Below the pieces are notes generated by a model, which saw only the letters and a program-made list of their open reading frames with translations, had not been told where the DNA came from and ran no database searches. Shown in pieces: positions 60,931 through 64,000 of a DNA stretch of 64,000 nucleotides (position 1 is the first letter of the stretch; every line of letters begins with the position of its first letter). The position numbers and the translations under genes are program-made. The stretch comes from Phoronis australis (Eukaryota > Animalia > Phoronida): positions 388,979-452,978 of the forward strand of contig NMRA01000126.1 in NCBI GenBank assembly GCA_002633005.1. The letters run 5' to 3'.

Positions 60931-62440
60931 TACCGTATTCACCGTAATAACCACCCATGCCCCTATAAGCGCCCCCACGCGTTTTCAGACTGCTAAAATA
61001 AGGGCCCAGTCCATGAACGCGTATGTACGAAAAATGCCTTATCTACAGTACTAAAATTTTACAGTAACGTCTTCAATTTATCAATAATATCCGACAGTCA
61101 TGAACAAAATCATTGTGCGCCAAATTTGTAGACCACGAGCCCCGCCGCTATGTCGGTATTTAGCCGTGACTATACACTTCAAACTTCCGCCATGCCTCAA
61201 AACGAACACAAAAGTTCTGCAGATATTGCGAGAACCAATGGTGCGGCCTTTCAGAACAGAAGTGGTGTACTTGTCTACGGGATTGCTTTGTAGATATTTC
61301 CCGCTTTCAACAGGAATCCAAATTTCTTTGTAGGCCTACACGTAAAAACTGCGAATCGAAGACTAATAATAAGCTTGGCCAGTGTTAAAAGCACGTGGCC
61401 AAGAAGCGCGCGCTACATACATGAACCTGTCATCAAAGACATTAGTCGGGAACTATCCATTCATGAAACAGGTCACATAGCATCAATAAGAAATGAATAT
61501 TGGCACTAGTTTCCGACAGTTTCTAATACTATAAAAAAAAATTGCGTTATTTTTTAGATGAATTGTTTGATTAACCATAATTGGTGTTTTTAAGCCAAAT
61601 ATCCGATAAAATGACCACTGACAGTGAATGCTTACACACCCTTACACAGAAAAATAACTGTCAGATAATCACGTACGCATCCAGCCACACGGCGACTAAT
61701 ATGGCCTTGTCAAGACAAGTGTCGAACGTTTTTAGCACATGAGACCGGCAAGTGCTGAATGAAACACGCTCTGGTTAAGACCTACTGCTTGTGCAATACA
61801 ATGCACATCTAGCTCGTTAAATTGCGTGGCTATGGCCAAAAGACGGTCTCTGCTCTGGCAAATGAAATCTGGTGACACGCACATGCTCGCTTACTCACAA
61901 ACGCAGACAACTTCAAAACAAACGTCACGTGACAACAACATGTGTGTTCGTCCAGACATTTTTCTCATGTTGCCGATCTTACGTGATGTAGATGGCACGA
62001 TGTAGCACAGATTTGTACTTAAACCTGCCATGATCCCGACTCCACGGGAACTTAAAAATCTTATGGACGCTACTTGGAAAACTTAAGGAGGATTTCAGGT
62101 AATGTGCTTGAGTCGAAACTGTATTTTTATTCAAGCATTCAAGTCGCCATATCGACGATTGCGAGGCAGGCAGTCGGCGAGTTTTTGCCCTGCGATTTCA
62201 GCACAATTTTCTGTAAAATGATTGTAATTTAGCAGTAAAGTTTGATAGCAATGCACCACGGTTTTGTAGAAAGTCTTTTATAGATTACAGATACGTCACG
62301 GAGCGTAAATATGATGAAACTTAGCTTCCGATTTCACCCGTTTTGGAGACCGGGTTTCAACGGCCTTGGGTTATAATAAGCGCCCCCCCCGAAACGAACT
62401 TTTCTAAGCTCCCTGGGCGGTTATTATGGCGAATACGGTA
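60931..62440 (-). mobile_element. pogo-like family A, longest copy (1.5 kb), reverse orientation
   Basis: TA-CCGTATTCACCGTAATAACCACCCA ... TGGGCGGTTATTATGGCGAATACGG-TA TIRs. Confidence 0.85.
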
Positions 62441-62675
62441 AGACAACTCCTTTCCATCTGCAGATAGACCTAGGGGTTGTTTATGTCATTTACATGATTG
62501 TCTGCTTGTTTTCCGCCTCTATCTGTCAAACTGCTCGAAGAATCCTGAAACTCAATAGCAAAAATGATATTCTGTTGATAATCAGATTAAAGTAATAGTG
62601 TTTATCTTCTATCAGCATCGCATTTTGGCAATTGTATTTGTTCAGTGTCTGTTATAAAGCATACAGAGTTCAGAT

Positions 62676-62932
62676 TCACGGCACAACTTCATAAAACTGA
62701 TATCCTGCTTTCACCATCATGTCGTATGGATATTCTTCAGATTTGGCATTGTTAAGTTCGCATGTGTACTCGTTGTTGGCACTTGACGTTCTTTTAATGT
62801 TGATCGACTTGCAGTTCCAGTCTCTTGTACAAATCCCTATGCAATGCGTTACCGTTGCTGCTATCTCCGTGCGTATGCTGTGATTAACCAGATTTTGGTT
62901 GTTTCCATTCTTCCGATATCTTCTCATGATGG
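62676..62932 (-). CDS. Terminal exon, PAN/apple-like domain (HCIGICTRDWNCKSIN...TCELNN...GYQFYEVVP*); alternative acceptor at 62956
   Basis: CxxxC...CxSxN...CELN pattern of PAN modules; phase-1 acceptor in frame with the TSP1 exon; TGA stop. Confidence 0.78.
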
Positions 62933-63229
62933 CTATAATGTTTACAGAGAATATACCTGATATTGACGGTATTGACAGTAACCATGACAATTATTATGTG
63001 TGGATAATTAATATGACGGCAATTCTAATAATCAATGTTTTTTTCTAATTTATAATAATTATTAGAATGATCTGGATTTTTTATTGTCCAATGTAACTGC
63101 AGTTCCCTGGAATTTTACCCATATTAGCAGTTTGGTTAATCCCCTCGACTTTTCCAAAATTATTTTTTCTGTGCTCAGCACAAACCCGGGCAATTAATGT
63201 TAGTGCTACATAAAAAGTGATACTCATAC

Positions 63230-63409
63230 ATTGGCATTCTGTAGTTGTCTCGCACATCTCACTTTCCGAAGCACTCCCTGTGCATGTGCTGCCCCCATGC
63301 TGTGGCGCAGGATTAGTACACTGTCTAGTGCGAGTTCTCATTCCTCGTCGACACGTCACGGAGCACTGCGACCAACTCACCCAGCTTGTCCATCCTCCAT
63401 TGATGGGCT
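63230..63409 (-). CDS. Thrombospondin type-1 repeat exon (PINGGWTSWVSWSQCSVTC...RTRTRQCTNPAPQHGGSTCTG..SESEMC)
   Basis: Textbook TSP1 WxxWxxWSxCSVTC...RxRxC; 180-nt phase 1-1 exon. Confidence 0.95.
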
Positions 63410-63533
63410 CTGTAAATACACCAGTGATCACAATAGGAAACTTACTAAACACAAAACAATAGCCTGCTCTATGTGAGATGACTAGTATAAAGAATCACGT
63501 ACAGTTTGGAAATAGTAATGATTCCAAACTTAC

Positions 63534-63742
63534 CTTTGTAGACTGTTTCACAAATGTAGGACTTGGTGTTATGAGAACAGTCGACAACTTTCCAGTTTCG
63601 AGATCCACCATCACCAATAACACAGTCGCCATTCGCCTTATTTGGTTCACCACCTTTCCATTTGGCATAGACCATCTGAGACCCATCGACCCAGTAAAAA
63701 GTATCCACACTTCTGTTGTACCTTAGTCCAATTATCCATTTG
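63534..63742 (-). CDS. C-type lectin domain exon, C-terminal half (KWIIGLRYNRSVDTFYWVDGS...WKGGEPNKANGDCV...WKVVDCS..KSYICE)
   Basis: WIGL-like, W.DGS, EPN, DCV, W...C and YICE motifs; phase 2-1, GTAAGT donor. Confidence 0.9.
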
Positions 63743-64000
63743 CTTTAAGTACGGAAAAACGAGATTAAAAAGACTGAGGTTCCTTTTTGTGGCTGTCAAC
63801 ACTTGTGTACTGACTGACCTCAACTCTAGAAATTAAGCATACCGTATGGCTCTTCCTGGTTAAAGCCTAGGTCACTTAAATGGAAGATCTTGAGAGTCAT
63901 GGATTGGAGTAAAGCCTAAGGTAGGTGTTTAAAAAATGAGTGTGGATGTTTATCTGCATAGATCTCTGGTACAAGAGTCAAATAACACAATCAGCAGAGA

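Noticed and set aside
59170-62520. Possible CRYZL1 exon 4 acceptors (59180, 62463)
   Set aside because: Phase-1 translation gives an early stop or no similarity to the expected MDR continuation

Overview
Intron-rich, AT-rich animal genomic DNA, probably from an invertebrate bilaterian; the species cannot be fixed from the sequence. There are two assembly gaps (39368-39766, 46171-46945). The left 25 kb carries about 20 phase-compatible minus-strand coding exons of an intersectin (ITSN/Dap160) gene: EH1, EH2, the KLERQ coiled coil, SH3A, SH3B and SH3C. It continues past the left edge and its start-codon exon was not located. Head-to-head with it on the + strand are the first three coding exons of a CRYZL1-like gene (46973, 52132, 55853), the same divergent pairing as human ITSN1/CRYZL1. 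At the right end are the last three exons of a minus-strand C-type lectin-TSP1-PAN gene, apparently nested in a CRYZL1 intron. The introns hold L1/Tx1 LINE relics, pogo-, hAT-, Kolobok- and Harbinger-like MITEs, Helentron-associated (HINE-like) elements with tandem CTCF-like motifs, tRNA-SINE relics and several minisatellites. There is no CRISPR array or prokaryotic system, and I found no clearly new biological system. The best leads are the conserved synteny, the nested gene, the TE-borne motif arrays and the repeat/splice-site interactions.
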